A stretch of 63,920 nucleotides of DNA, the filler included, from Reclinomonas americana ATCC 50394 (Eukaryota), in the NCBI GenBank assembly GCA_048213135.1. It is 28 parts of 28 records of this genome, joined end to end, with 100 filler letters (N's around TTAATTAATTAA, not from the genome) between each part and the next. Parts side by side here need not be neighbours in the genome. Positions count along the whole stretch, not along the records: positions 33,460 to 36,477 come from AFZH01024729.1; positions 36,578 to 39,584 come from AFZH01024730.1; positions 39,685 to 40,949 come from AFZH01024731.1; positions 41,050 to 42,787 come from AFZH01024732.1; positions 42,888 to 45,889 come from AFZH01024733.1; 23 more parts are not named here. One strand, 5' to 3'. Positions 33,460 through 43,931 of the stretch are shown here, in pieces. The notes below the pieces were generated by a model. It did no database searches. It was given only the letters and a program-made list of their open reading frames with translations, and was not told the DNA's origin. The stretch's first letter is position 1. Each line of letters begins with the position of its first letter. The position numbers and the translations under genes were made by a program.

Positions 33460-36400
33460 TGCGGCAGTGTGGAAATCAGTCTGTTTCAACCCGCGGGTTG
33501 ACTGACGGCTAATGAGGGTGACCGCCACCGGTGTGTTGCCCACCAGCGTGCTCTCTGTGCAACATGTCGGTGATCCATGTCAGTAATCGTGTAGACATCT
33601 GCCGGCAAATCTTCGCAGACAAACTCACCTCCCGAAACCATCACGTAGCCACTGGAATTGTCACGCGGCACCAGCCGCGATCCCACCAGCATGGAACGCA
33701 GCTCCAACGCCTGCACGCGACTATCGCCGCGCACCGTCATCAACACCTGCGAGGTGGCAGCGGCCGCCTCACCGACAGCCACCTCAAAGTTGTCGCTGCG
33801 TGCCGTGCCACTCGGGTCGAGTCGAATGGACCTCACGCCCGTCAGCGCCAGCGCAATCGACGGAATCTCATCAAACCCGAAAGCATGGGCATTCACCATT
33901 TCCTGCTCACACAGCCGCGTGGTTCCAACGAATGAGTCCAGGGACCATGCACAGGCCTGCTCGCATCAACAAACCGTAGTGAAATTCTTGTCGGTGGCCA
34001 GGCTCAGCCACTCATTGGCGGCTTTTTGACGCGGCAATTCGTTGTCGTGGGTGTACGTCGCGGCAGGGTCCGCGTACATGGCGATGAAATCTGCCACGCA
34101 GGTCGTGAGTTTCATGCAAGTGTGCACGAAAACGAAGTCGATCTCACGAAACTAGTGACGAGCGAGTCGAACTGCGCAGTGCCGAGTGCCGAGCACTGCA
34201 CCGTCAGCATAAAATTGGTGACCGACGGCCTCGCGCAGCGAATGTCAGTGTCGCCCTCAATCGTATTGGAGAGAGCGGAGATGCCAAAGAGCACAGTGGG
34301 AATCGCCGGGAACGATTGCACAAAGCGGTGCGTGATCTCCACGGAGCGAGTGCCAGTGCCAGTGCTCATCTGTCGCACAACCAGGAAGCAAACGTCAGCA
34401 TGCAAGCCGTGGACAGCATGCGATCGAAAATGACATGCTATCCGACCCGTTCCTCCGTCACTTCTCTCTGTTTCACACATAAACTCTCTGACTCACTCAC
34501 TCGTAGTTGTTGCTCTCATCAACAGCACCTCAACATTTCCTTTCTGCCTCCCACCTCCTCTCCTCGCACGCACAGTTGACCTTCAAAGTCGACCTCCTCT
34601 ATGTCACTCATCTGTTGAATTCCCAAGCACACACTCCCAAAAGTCTCAGCCATTCCCCTCCTCAAGTCTTCCACTCCTGTCACCCACAACCCGTCCCCTC
34701 ATGCGGTCCATTCACATCGCACAGGGGAACAACTAATCTTTTCCTCTCCCCAGTCGGTCTCTCACTCTCGTAGGACAAGAACAATCTCCACTGATGCACT
34801 TCTCCTTTCTCACTCTCTCCTTCTTACCGTCGTCACACAATACCACAAATATTGACAAATTGTCCTTCCTCTCTTCTCTTTTCAACCTCTCTCTCGCATA
34901 CAGAATCAACCTCCATTGACAGCGCTCGCTTTGTAACCCTCTCAATGGCATCCAATTCACACACTACCACAACGTATGCTATCTCTTTCCCCCTCTGACT
35001 TGCCACACACGCAGCTCCACGACACACTTCTTTTTCTCTCCAATGCATTCTCATCCACACTGTCACAAAGTATCAATTCCCTTCCCACCTCTGATGATCC
35101 TCTCTTACCACACGCACTGCATCCACGCCACACTTCTCACTGTTACTATCTCTACAATGCATTCTCATCCACACTACCATAAGAAGGAATCATTTCCCTT
35201 CCCACGTCTGATGATCCTCCCTTGCCACACACACAAGCAGCCTCCGCAGACATTCTCCTCTTTGTTTCTCTCTCCAATGCATTCCCATGTGTACACCAAC
35301 TACCGCAACCAATCCGTTCCATCCCTCCTCTGTCGATTCTCTCTGTCACACGCATATACTTCCACAGACATTCTTCTCCTCTCCCTTTCATCCATCCACA
35401 CGGTATCTACCAGACAACTCCTTTCCCTCCCCCCTCTGCATTTCTTCGCATGCCAAACGCAATCTCCTCGACCTCACTTTTCTTTGGTTCTCTCTTCCTT
35501 GCATCCATCCACGCACTTTCAACCACAACCAATCCCTTCCATCCCCCGTCCGACGATTCTCTCTTGCCATCCAATCTCCACTGACACACTTCTCTCTGTT
35601 TCTCTCTCCTTCACATTCCTATCCACACTCTCACTGCCACAACCAATCCGTCTCCTTTCCCTCCTTCTCCTTTCCATTCTTGGCATTCTCTCAATCGTTT
35701 GCAACCACATCTACACAATACCACAACCTACTCATCCCCTGACGGTCCTCTCTTGCGCCACAAACACTCCACGGACACACTTCTCTTTGTTACACTCCCC
35801 AACGCGTTCCCATCCACACACTTCCAAAGCCAATCTGTTCCTTTTCTCCCTTCTGCCTTTCCTCTTCAGTAATGCACACAAACTCAACAGACATTCTTCA
35901 GTCTGTTTCTCTCTCCATTGCTTTCTCATCAACACACTTCTACCCACTGTCTCTTCCACGCAAAATGCTTTCACAACCCCCCTTCTCCTTGCCTCACCTC
36001 CCTCCCTCCCCCTTCCCACCTAACCTCTCTTCTCCTCGTCTCACATCCTTCCACATCGCCCATTATCTCCCCCTTCTCCTTGTCTCAACTCCCTCCTCCC
36101 ATTCCCTCTTTTAACCCCTTCCCTCTTTACCTCCCTTCCCTCTTTACCTCCTTCCCTCTTTACCCCCTTTCCTCTTCACCCCCTTCCCTCTTTACACCCT
36201 TCCCTCTCTACCCTCCTTCCCTCTTTCCCCCCTTCCCTCATCACCCCCATTCCCTCTTCACCAATCTTCCCTCTTCACCCGCCTTCCCTCTTCACCTCCC
36301 TTCCCTCTTTCCCCCTTCCCTCCTTACCCCATTCCCTCTTTTCCCCCTTCCCTCTTTACCCCTTCCCTCTTTCCCCCTTCCCTCTTCACCACGCAACGAT

Positions 36401-36477
36401 TGTCCCCGCCTGGTTGGCCACCACCGACGACGTCTGCACCAGCATACCCGAGGTAACACGAATGTCGCTTTTCGACA
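33460..36477 (-). CDS. Multi-exon protein with H-type-lectin-like repeats, partial; includes a ~2 kb intron (36397-34370)
   Basis: GTGTRSVEITHRFVQSFPAIPTVLFGISAL and FGFDEIPSIALALTGV resemble the F..PF...P.V..G...LD core of H-type lectin domains; the upstream exon 36477-36398 is open and joins in phase 0. Confidence 0.5.
34980..36390. repeat. Intronic pyrimidine-rich degenerate repeats and a (CCCCTTCCCTCTTT)n-like tract
   Basis: Recurrent CTCTCCAATGCATTCTCATCCACACT-like units near 35035, 35150 and 35270; almost pure C/T tandem units from about 36090 to 36390. Confidence 0.8.
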
Positions 36478-36577
36478 NNNNNNNNNNNNNNNNNNNNNNN
36501 NNNNNNNNNNNNNNNNNNNNNTTAATTAATTAANNNNNNNNNNNNNNNNNNNNNNNNNNNNNNNNNNNNNNNNNNNN

Positions 36578-39500
36578 TTGTCACCGTTGACCAGTACTTA
36601 TACTGTCTGTTGCAGACAATGTTCCCGTCGTTTGTGATGGAACGGCTCGGAATGTGTTGCTTGCGAACATGACAATCTCCGACGATGCCGTGTCGGGTCC
36701 CGACAGATACGCGTTGGTTGTCGATGACGCTCCTGGAAAGCGATTGACTGGATGGGCTGTGTACGGCATTGCTGGTCAGTGACGGATTAGCCTCAATCCG
36801 AGAGTCCCGTTTCCCTCATTTTATACCTCGTCGACCAGCGCCTTCCATTTCGGTCACCACCCCAGTAGAAGGTACCATTTTGTCGACAAATTCCACTGTC
36901 CCGGTGACATTTACATGCAATCGAGTGGCGATGACCACTGCAACCGTGATACTGCTTGGTTGCGTCTTTGAGGTCTCCGTGTGCATCGCATTTTCTCTGT
37001 TGGTCTCAATCTTCTTGCTGTTTTCTATTCGCAGAGCACTTTTATGTCGTCGACACCTTTGGTGCAATTTTCAACGCGACCAGTGATGTCGATTTCGCAC
37101 AACTTGTTCCGGGTCGCACCACGCGCTCTCTCGACGTGGAAGATGCACGCATTCTGCTTCGTTTCGAGATTCCCGCACGGTGCGGTGCTGGACAGACTGC
37201 CAACATACTACAGTGGATTCCGGATTCGGCCTCGTGAGTGGTTGCGATTGTTGTCATGCAAACTCAATTTAAGTCCTTACATTGTTACGACGTATCCAGG
37301 AATTCTTCGTCGACTGTGGCGGCATCGAGTTCATCCTCATCGCGCGCGGCCACTGACGATGTCACGCAGATAGCGTCCTTGTGGGACGGTCCACGCTTGT
37401 TGCGCGCCTGGGTTTTGGATTTGGCCAACACAGAGTCGCCTCTTGTCGGTGGCAGTGGCCGCTTCCGCCTTGTGCGCACGGTGATGACCAGCAGCGGTGT
37501 GCAGGTCGGCGTCGGCGCCGACTCGGACGTGCAGATCACTGTCGATGGGACTGTGATTGTGGCGACGTCGCCAGAAGAGTTGGTTGGGTCATCGTCTACA
37601 TCCGTAGTTGCCGGTGGCACCTGTGGTGGCTTGTTCTGCTGGATGTGGGTCCTTATCGCGATCACTGTGTCGATTCTCGTCGCGTTGAACGTATTTTGGT
37701 GTGTGTTTTGCTGGCGCCGTCATCAACGTCGCAAGGAAGCGGAGGATCGAGCCAATGCGAACCGTGCGTTTCTTACCCGTGCGCATTCTGTCGTGCGCTC
37801 TGTTTTCCCACTCACATTACTTTTTGCTTTCTTCAGTGGCACAAGAAGTCGCCATCGACTGTGTCACAGAGGTGGAAGTGGCTGACTTTGATGACGACTG
37901 TGGTGTGGGCATTGGTGCGTTGGATCTTACTCCCCAAAAGAGCTCGCTCGCGTGGGTCGATGCGAGACGACGACCCTCTACGCCATTCGCGGAAGCTGAA
38001 CAGTGGTGGTCGCCCACCGTCGCACCGCCGTTCGGAGCTGGTACGGCTTCCTCAATTTCATCTCCGCAAAAGTTGTGTTCTCATATTATGATGCGGGTGT
38101 TGTCTCAGTACCGGAGGTCAGCTTTGTGGATGTGGACGAACTTGAAGCTCCGCTGCGCGATACCGATGAATACGACGGCATGCAACTACCACCTCTGCAG
38201 CAGCTGACACAAACACCGACGCCAGTGCCGCCACCGCCTCTTGCCTTGTCACCGGCGACAATTCGTGCTCGTCTCGGTGCCATTGCTGCGGTGCTGGCCG
38301 CCGCAGAGACGCGACGAGAGGAGCAGCGAGTTCGTGGAAACACACCGACGCAAGCTCCTCCGCGAAGCTGTTGCGTGGACTTCAGTGTTTGTTGTTGTCT
38401 CTTCCCCTCTCGCTCGTGCCTCGCCTCAACCCCACGCACAGTGTCTCGCCTCGCTGCCGATTCAGTCAATGCGCCTCCCCCGTCTCCGACACCGTCGATG
38501 ATCAGCGGTGCGTGGTACCACTGCTGCCTTTTCTCCTCCCGTGTGCCGCAGGTGCTCATGTGTTGCGCAGTCAATCGCCCAGTGGCAAGACCGCGTTCTC
38601 AGCTGTCGATCCCGCCACCACGTGGGCACGAGGACGAGTTCTTGCTTCCACTGCGACAGTTGCTGCAGCGTGTGCGCAACCGCACCGCTCTTCACGGTCA
38701 ACAAGGTTCTCAGAGCCCGTCGCCGGCATCGTCACCCGCCCCGACACACCCTGAATTGCAACGGACTTTGCACCCGGTGGTCGCGGGCGACGACAATCTG
38801 GACGGAGTGGAACAAGTGCGATCGGCGTGGCCACAAGTGATTGACCGCCGTGCGGTGTCCGCTGCTGCTTCTAGAATGCCCTTCCCGTCCTTGCGGGGTT
38901 CGCCGTCACCCACACCCTCGCCCGCGCGCACACCAGTCACGACAGGAGTCTCGCCGTCTTCCGCGACCAGTGCAACGGTGGCTTCCGGTGACATGCGGGC
39001 CACTGATGTGCCATTCCAGCTGGTGAAGACGGCGTGGCCTCAAGTGATTGATCCGCAAATCGCCGCTCAAGTTGCTGCATCTCGAGCTTCTGCACCGCCA
39101 CCGCGATCCATGTCGAGTCTGGCGGCCGCGCTCGCAATGCCGCCGCCGCTGGAATCATTCGGACGGCGACCTGCTACGGCGAGTGAAGAGCTGCGCCATC
39201 CGGTCGGCATGAGTTCCGCCGGTTCGTCGACAGCATGGGGCGAGGATTCCGGAAACGGAACGTCCGCCGCCGCCGCCGCTGCCGATCCACTTGCCAGCAC
39301 AAGACCAGTGCCATTCGCACAACCGCTGCGACAGCCGCAGCGCCGCACGCGGTCTCCGCGCGCACCACGATAACCGCAAGTGAACGATAATGTTGTCTTT
39401 TTGCATTTCTCTCGAACAACAACACCTCCGCGACAGAAAAAATAAGAAAACGCAACACCGACCTAATGTAAAACAAAGAAACAGCCTGCTCATGGGGCAG

Positions 39501-39584
39501 CGGTCCCGCGACCAGCTGCAGGTGCACTGGCAGCATATGCTGGGGCGTAGCCATCTTCGCCGACTTGAGCATACGGTCCGGGAA
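36578..39584 (+). CDS. Single-pass membrane protein, multi-exon, partial (eukaryote)
   Basis: Beta-rich ectodomain segments, TM WMWVLIAITVSILVALNVFWCVFCW followed by RRHQRRK, Pro/Ser-rich tail. Confidence 0.6.
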
Positions 39585-39773
39585 NNNNNNNNNNNNNNNN
39601 NNNNNNNNNNNNNNNNNNNNNNNNNNNNTTAATTAATTAANNNNNNNNNNNNNNNNNNNNNNNNNNNNNNNNNNNNNNNNNNNNGCGGGCGAGGGCGGCA
39701 GCCTTTCGCTCCATCGCACGGCGAGCGCGCAGGGCGACGAACGCGGCGAGGGCCTGACGGGCGAGGCGAGCGA

Positions 39774-40016
39774 TCACGCTGCTGCCCTCCGCATGTCGGC
39801 GCGGAGCCAGTTCATGAGACGCATGCAAAGCGCGCGGCGAGCGGGGCAGCCGAGCTTGTTCGCATAGGTCAGCGCAGTGCGGACGTTCCGGAGGGCGAGC
39901 CCCAGCAGGCCGCGCCAGCTCATCGCCGCGCCAAGCCCCTTGCCGGCGATCTCATCGCGGGCCGATGCGATCCAGAAGTTGAAGCCGCTGAGATAGGTCG
40001 GGTCCATCGGCCTCAC
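39774..40016 (-). CDS. Small phage hypothetical protein
   Basis: 80-aa ORF overlapping its neighbours (GTGA), ending in RRAAA like many phage early ORFs. Confidence 0.6.
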   Translation of the reverse strand: MRPMDPTYLSGFNFWIASARDEIAGKGLGAAMSWRGLLGLALRNVRTALTYANKLGCPARRALCMRLMNWLRADMRRAAA

Positions 40017-40315
40017 TCCGCAGCGATCGAGTAGCGGGTGATGTCATCGCTGGTAGCGATGCGGGCGAGGCTGGCGTCGAGCTTGGCGAGGCAGTCGGCG
40101 AAGAAGGCCGCGCGATCCTCGCTGTCGATCCGAGCGCACTCGGCCATGGCGTGTTGAGCGCGGTCCGCAGTGGTGACGCCCGGCCCGGTCAGCGGGCGGA
40201 TGTCATAGGCTTCCCGCTTGGGACCGAGGGCCTGGTAAAGCCCGGCGCAGAAGCGAGCAGCAGCGCTAAAGAGCTGGTCGTCGGTGAAGGTGGTTGCAGG
40301 CGAGCCGTGATGCAT
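40013..40315 (-). CDS. Phage early (leftward) hypothetical protein
   Basis: 100-aa ORF with RBS GGAGAG, directly downstream of the PL-like promoter; ends IAAE. Confidence 0.7.
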   Translation of the reverse strand: MHHGSPATTFTDDQLFSAAARFCAGLYQALGPKREAYDIRPLTGPGVTTADRAQHAMAECARIDSEDRAAFFADCLAKLDASLARIATSDDITRYSIAAE

Positions 40316-40338
40316 GGCGCTCTCCGTTGATGGAGAGA

Positions 40339-40393
40339 TTTATAGGATTAGTCCTATTCCTATGTCAATAGGGTGGGATAGGATTTTCCCTGC
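40339..40393 (-). promoter_or_regulatory. PL-like promoter with OL-like operators
   Basis: TTGACA (40368-40363) ... TATAAA; perfect-arm palindrome ATAGGA-TTAG-TCCTAT (40342-40357) lies between them; second site ATAGGATTTTCCCTGC (40378-40393). Confidence 0.75.
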
Positions 40394-40407
40394 GGGTTCC
40401 TATCAGC

Positions 40408-41165
40408 TCACATGCGGGAGAATTTGGCGGCGACCCGGCCGATGATATGTGCGTTGTCGTCGAGAATCAGCTCGAACGGTTCATAGCGCGAGTTGAGCGA
40501 CTTGCAGATGATACGAAGCGGATCGGAGCCACGCACCGGCTCAACCTGCTTGACGATGACGCCACTGCCGTCCCAGACGGCGAAGATGGCGCCCTGGCTG
40601 GGATCGCGGTCGGCTCGATCTACAATTACTCGATCGCCCGAGCTGAGCCCGAACTTAGACCCATCGTCCATCGAGTCGCCGCGGACCGAAATGATGTCGG
40701 CAGTGTCGAAGGATAGGTTCAGTTCATTCCGGACATAGGAGGGCGGGAGCGCCCATTGCGCAATGACTTCCTGCGCAGGCTCGCCGCCTTGCTGCCATTC
40801 ACCATCGTCCAGCATGCCGCCGCCGTATGCGCCGCCACCTTTGACCGCGTATTCCTTCAGATAGGGCGGGTTGCTAACTACCATCGTCATGGTTTGCTGC
40901 TGAGCCTGGCGCAATGGCGCGCCTAATAGGTGCTCGTCAAGATAGACCGNNNNNNNNNNNNNNNNNNNNNNNNNNNNNNNNNNNNNNNNNNNNTTAATTA
41001 ATTAANNNNNNNNNNNNNNNNNNNNNNNNNNNNNNNNNNNNNNNNNNNNCGCTTGATGAACTGCTGCATATAAGCGTGATTTTTGCCGAGTTTCTTCGAC
41101 ACGTCGGAGAGGTTCAGCCCTCTATCCGCGATCAACCCTGACAGAAGCTTGCGCACCGAATCCAT
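40408..41165 (-). CDS. CI-like repressor: N-terminal HTH (41165-41050) and S24 peptidase domain (40949-40408), interrupted by the assembly gap
   Basis: MDSVRKLLSGLIADRGLNLSDVSKKLGKNHAYMQQFIK; C-terminal ISVRGDSM (Ser), GDRVIVD, VIVKQV (Lys), SLNSRY, IIGRV. Confidence 0.85.
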
Positions 41166-41189
41166 GCGCGCGGGCATAGCGCGTGGCGC

Positions 41190-41243
41190 GTAGGGACCGC
41201 CAATAGGAAATATCTTGCGCAAAGAGGAATAGTCCTATAGATA
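41190..41243. promoter_or_regulatory. OR-like operator/promoter region between cI and cro
   Basis: ATAGGAAATATCTTGC (41203-41218) and AGAGGAATAGTCCTAT (41223-41238) match the ATAGGA-N4-TCCTAT operator; TTGCGC -35-like box at 41215. Confidence 0.7.
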
Positions 41244-41250
41244 GGGAGAC

Positions 41251-41466
41251 ATGAGCACGCCAGACGCCTTCCGCGCCGAGATCGAGCGATATCTCGCCAT
41301 CACCGGCATGAGCCCCACTCGGTTCGGCATGATGGCCGCAGGAGATCCGCGGTTTGTCTTCGATATCCGCAACCGCAATCGGGAACCGCGTAGCTCAACC
41401 GTGAGGCGGGTTACCGACTTCATGTCGAAGCCGATCGCCAGAACCCAACCCGAGAGGGCAGCCTGA
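41251..41466 (+). CDS. Cro-like small HTH protein
   Basis: FRAEIERYLAITGMSPTRFGMMAAGDPRFVFDIRNRNREPRSSTVRRVTDFM; divergent from cI. Confidence 0.85.
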   Translation: MSTPDAFRAEIERYLAITGMSPTRFGMMAAGDPRFVFDIRNRNREPRSSTVRRVTDFMSKPIARTQPERAA

Positions 41467-42350
41467 TGGGTGTCCGCTCTGACAATGCCGCGTTCATCGA
41501 AACGCGATTGCGCGAACTCGCAAGCAAGGGCTTGACCAGTCACGAAGCCGCGGAGGCTACCGCCTGGGGCTATCACCAAATTCGGTCTTACGCTCGGCGG
41601 TTCGGCATCACATTCGCTAAGACTTACCGAGCAGATGGAAATCCCGAACGGGCCGCGCGTGCCGACGATTTTGCGCGGCGATATCAGGCTGGCGAGACGC
41701 TCGCCTCGATAGGCGAGAGCGCTGGCATTACCCGAGAACGGGTCCGGCAAATCTTGACGCGGACAAGGGGCTTCGATGCCACCGATGGCGGTCAGTTTGT
41801 CAAATGCTCCGAGAAATCGCGGCAACGCGAAGCGCTCCGGGATCGCGATAGCCGTGCTCGATGGGGTTGTTCGTGGGAGGAGCATCAAGCGCTTGCTTCC
41901 ATCGGCCGCGAGATGATGGCGCGGGGTTTCGGACGTGCTCAGACGCCGATCGGAGCCTTCAGCAATCAAAAGGGAAATGCCCGCGCTCGCGGCATCCAAT
42001 GGCGCCTCACGCTCTGGCAGTGGTGGTCGATCTGGCAGCAGTCTGGGCGATGGGAAGATCGCGGCCGAGGCCATGGCTATGTCATGTGTCGAAAGGGCGA
42101 TGCTGGCGCCTATTCTCCAGACAACGTCGTGATAGCGCCGGGACACGCGAACTCCTCGTTCCACGCTCGAAACAAGTCGGGGCTTCCGATCGGTGTTCGT
42201 CAGGCTGGGCGTGGTCGGTTTGCGGCCTGCATCCATGTCGATGGCAAGCGTGTCCATCTCGGAATCTATCCGACATCTGCACAGGCGCATGACGCCTACC
42301 TTAAGGCCGTCGCCGAGGCGATAGGGCATGCAAAGCCGGAGGCTGCTTGA
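41466..42350 (+). CDS. HTH (sigma-70 region 4-like) + HNH-like nuclease + AP2 domain protein
   Basis: TLASIGESAGITRERVRQI; LTLWQWWSIW...GYVMCRKGDAGAYSPDNVVI...N; SGLPIGV...FAACIHVDGKRVHLGIYPTSAQAHDAYLKA. Confidence 0.75.
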   Translation: MGVRSDNAAFIETRLRELASKGLTSHEAAEATAWGYHQIRSYARRFGITFAKTYRADGNPERAARADDFARRYQAGETLASIGESAGITRERVRQILTRTRGFDATDGGQFVKCSEKSRQREALRDRDSRARWGCSWEEHQALASIGREMMARGFGRAQTPIGAFSNQKGNARARGIQWRLTLWQWWSIWQQSGRWEDRGRGHGYVMCRKGDAGAYSPDNVVIAPGHANSSFHARNKSGLPIGVRQAGRGRFAACIHVDGKRVHLGIYPTSAQAHDAYLKAVAEAIGHAKPEAA

Positions 42351-42787
42351 TGTCCGACCTCCAGCTCAAGACCATCATCGAGCGCATTCTCCGGCTTCAC
42401 GCCGAGGAGGACGAGATCAAGGCCGACCGCCGCGAGGTCTACGCCGAGGCGAAGGCGCACGGCTACGACAAGACTGCTCTCGGCGCCGCCGTGTCTCTGA
42501 TCCGCAAGAAGGAGAAGCTGGGCGTCGACGACTTCGACCAGCGCGACGCGATGGTTGCGCTCTACGTCGCCTCCTACGAGGGCCCCGCGCGGGTGCTCAC
42601 GCACACGCTGGCGTATGCCCGCACGCGAGAGGCCGAACAGAATACCTCCCTCGGATCCTTGTCCGCAGCCCAGAGCGAAGGGGCGGCCGGTGCGAACCCG
42701 GAACAAGCGGCACCTGAACGCGCAACCGAGGAGAGGTCTGCCACCCATGCGCAAGGTGCCGAACTCGTCACGCAGGCCGGCAAGGGG
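42350..42787 (+). CDS. GapR/DUF2312 (UPF0335)-like DNA-binding protein with C-terminal extension, 3'-partial
   Basis: QLKTIIERILRLHAEEDEIKADRREVYAEAKAHGYDKTAL parallels GapR [36 protein letters not shown]. Confidence 0.85.
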
Positions 42788-42887
42788 NNNNNNNNNNNNN
42801 NNNNNNNNNNNNNNNNNNNNNNNNNNNNNNNTTAATTAATTAANNNNNNNNNNNNNNNNNNNNNNNNNNNNNNNNNNNNNNNNNNNN

Positions 42888-43760
42888 GGACGCTGGACGA
42901 CATTGAGAAGAATGTCAAGCTCAATCACCAACAGCAGCTCGGACTGCGCTACTACTATGTTGCGTGCACTCACTCTTCGTCGCCCTCCGCCTCCGCCACA
43001 CAGTGTTGGTGAACGTGCACGTACCGGCCACAGGATATTCAGCAGCGCATTCCGCGAGTGGAGGTGGCGGCCATTGAGGCCGTGGTGCGTGAGGCGGCGC
43101 ACAGGGTGCACCCGGAACTCTTGGTGAGCGATGCAATGGTCCTCTTACCACTCCCTCCTCGGCTCACCCGTTTCTGGACTCATGGCAGGCGGTGTGCTGT
43201 GGCTCGTTCCGTCGCGGCAAGGACTCCAGTGGCGACGTGGACATTCTCGTCTCGTTCGACCCCAAGAACGACGACTTTGCGCATGAGCCAGTGGTTGGCA
43301 TTCTCAGTCGCATCCTGGGCGAGCTGCGTCGCATGGAGTTCTTGGTGGGCGACCTCACGGAGCACATTGACGAGAGCGGCGTCTCGGAGACCTACATGGG
43401 CCTGTGTCGGCATCCGGACTACGAAGTCGTGCGCCGACTCGACATCAAGGTGTACCCGCCGTCGGCCTTCCCCTTTGCGCTGCTCTACTTCACCGGCTCC
43501 GGCCACTTCAATCGCTCCATGCGCCTCTACGCCGACCACTCGGGCTTCCGCCTCAACGACAAGGCGCTGCTGCGCGTCGTCCGCGACGCCTCCAACGAAG
43601 TCATTGTCAGCTCCGAATCGGTGCCATGCCGCAGCGAGGAAGATATTTTCCGGTGCGTTCTTCTCTCTGCTCTCTCCTGTCACTGCATGACAAACTGAAC
43701 ACGCGCGCATGCAGGGCCATGAACGCGACATACCGGACGCCGGCGGAAAGGGACATTTGA
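42888..43760 (+). CDS. Family X DNA polymerase (lambda/beta-like), C-terminal exons
   Basis: GLRYYY|DIQQRIPR; CGSFRRGKDSSGDVDIL; YMGLC; RRLDIK; ALLYFTGSGHFNRSMR; SEEDIF; YRTPAERDI*. Confidence 0.93.
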
Positions 43761-43931
43761 CAACCGTGTGTGACGCAGGCAGTGACGGAGAGCGCACACT
43801 GTGGACAGATAGACAGACAGACAGACAGACAGACATCAGCCACAGAGGGGTAAACGAAATCGAGGAGCATGATTCGCGCGTTGTTGCGGAGACCACCGGT
43901 GAGTCATCTTTACACACACACACATACTCCG

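Larger units (their letters stand above)
39685..42787. mobile_element. Lambdoid prophage immunity/early region (alphaproteobacterial), split over two contigs
   Basis: Divergent cI-like (HTH + S24) and cro-like genes, palindromic operators on both sides of cI, small leftward genes, HNH-AP2 and GapR-like genes to the right. Confidence 0.88.

Noticed and set aside
36090..36390. C-rich tract as telomeric repeat
   Set aside because: Units are irregular, internal to the contig, and followed by a splice donor and coding exon.
35043..36529. Long Ser/Pro/Leu/Phe-rich plus-strand ORFs
   Set aside because: Low-complexity C/T sequence lacks stops by composition; the region is better explained as a minus-strand intron.
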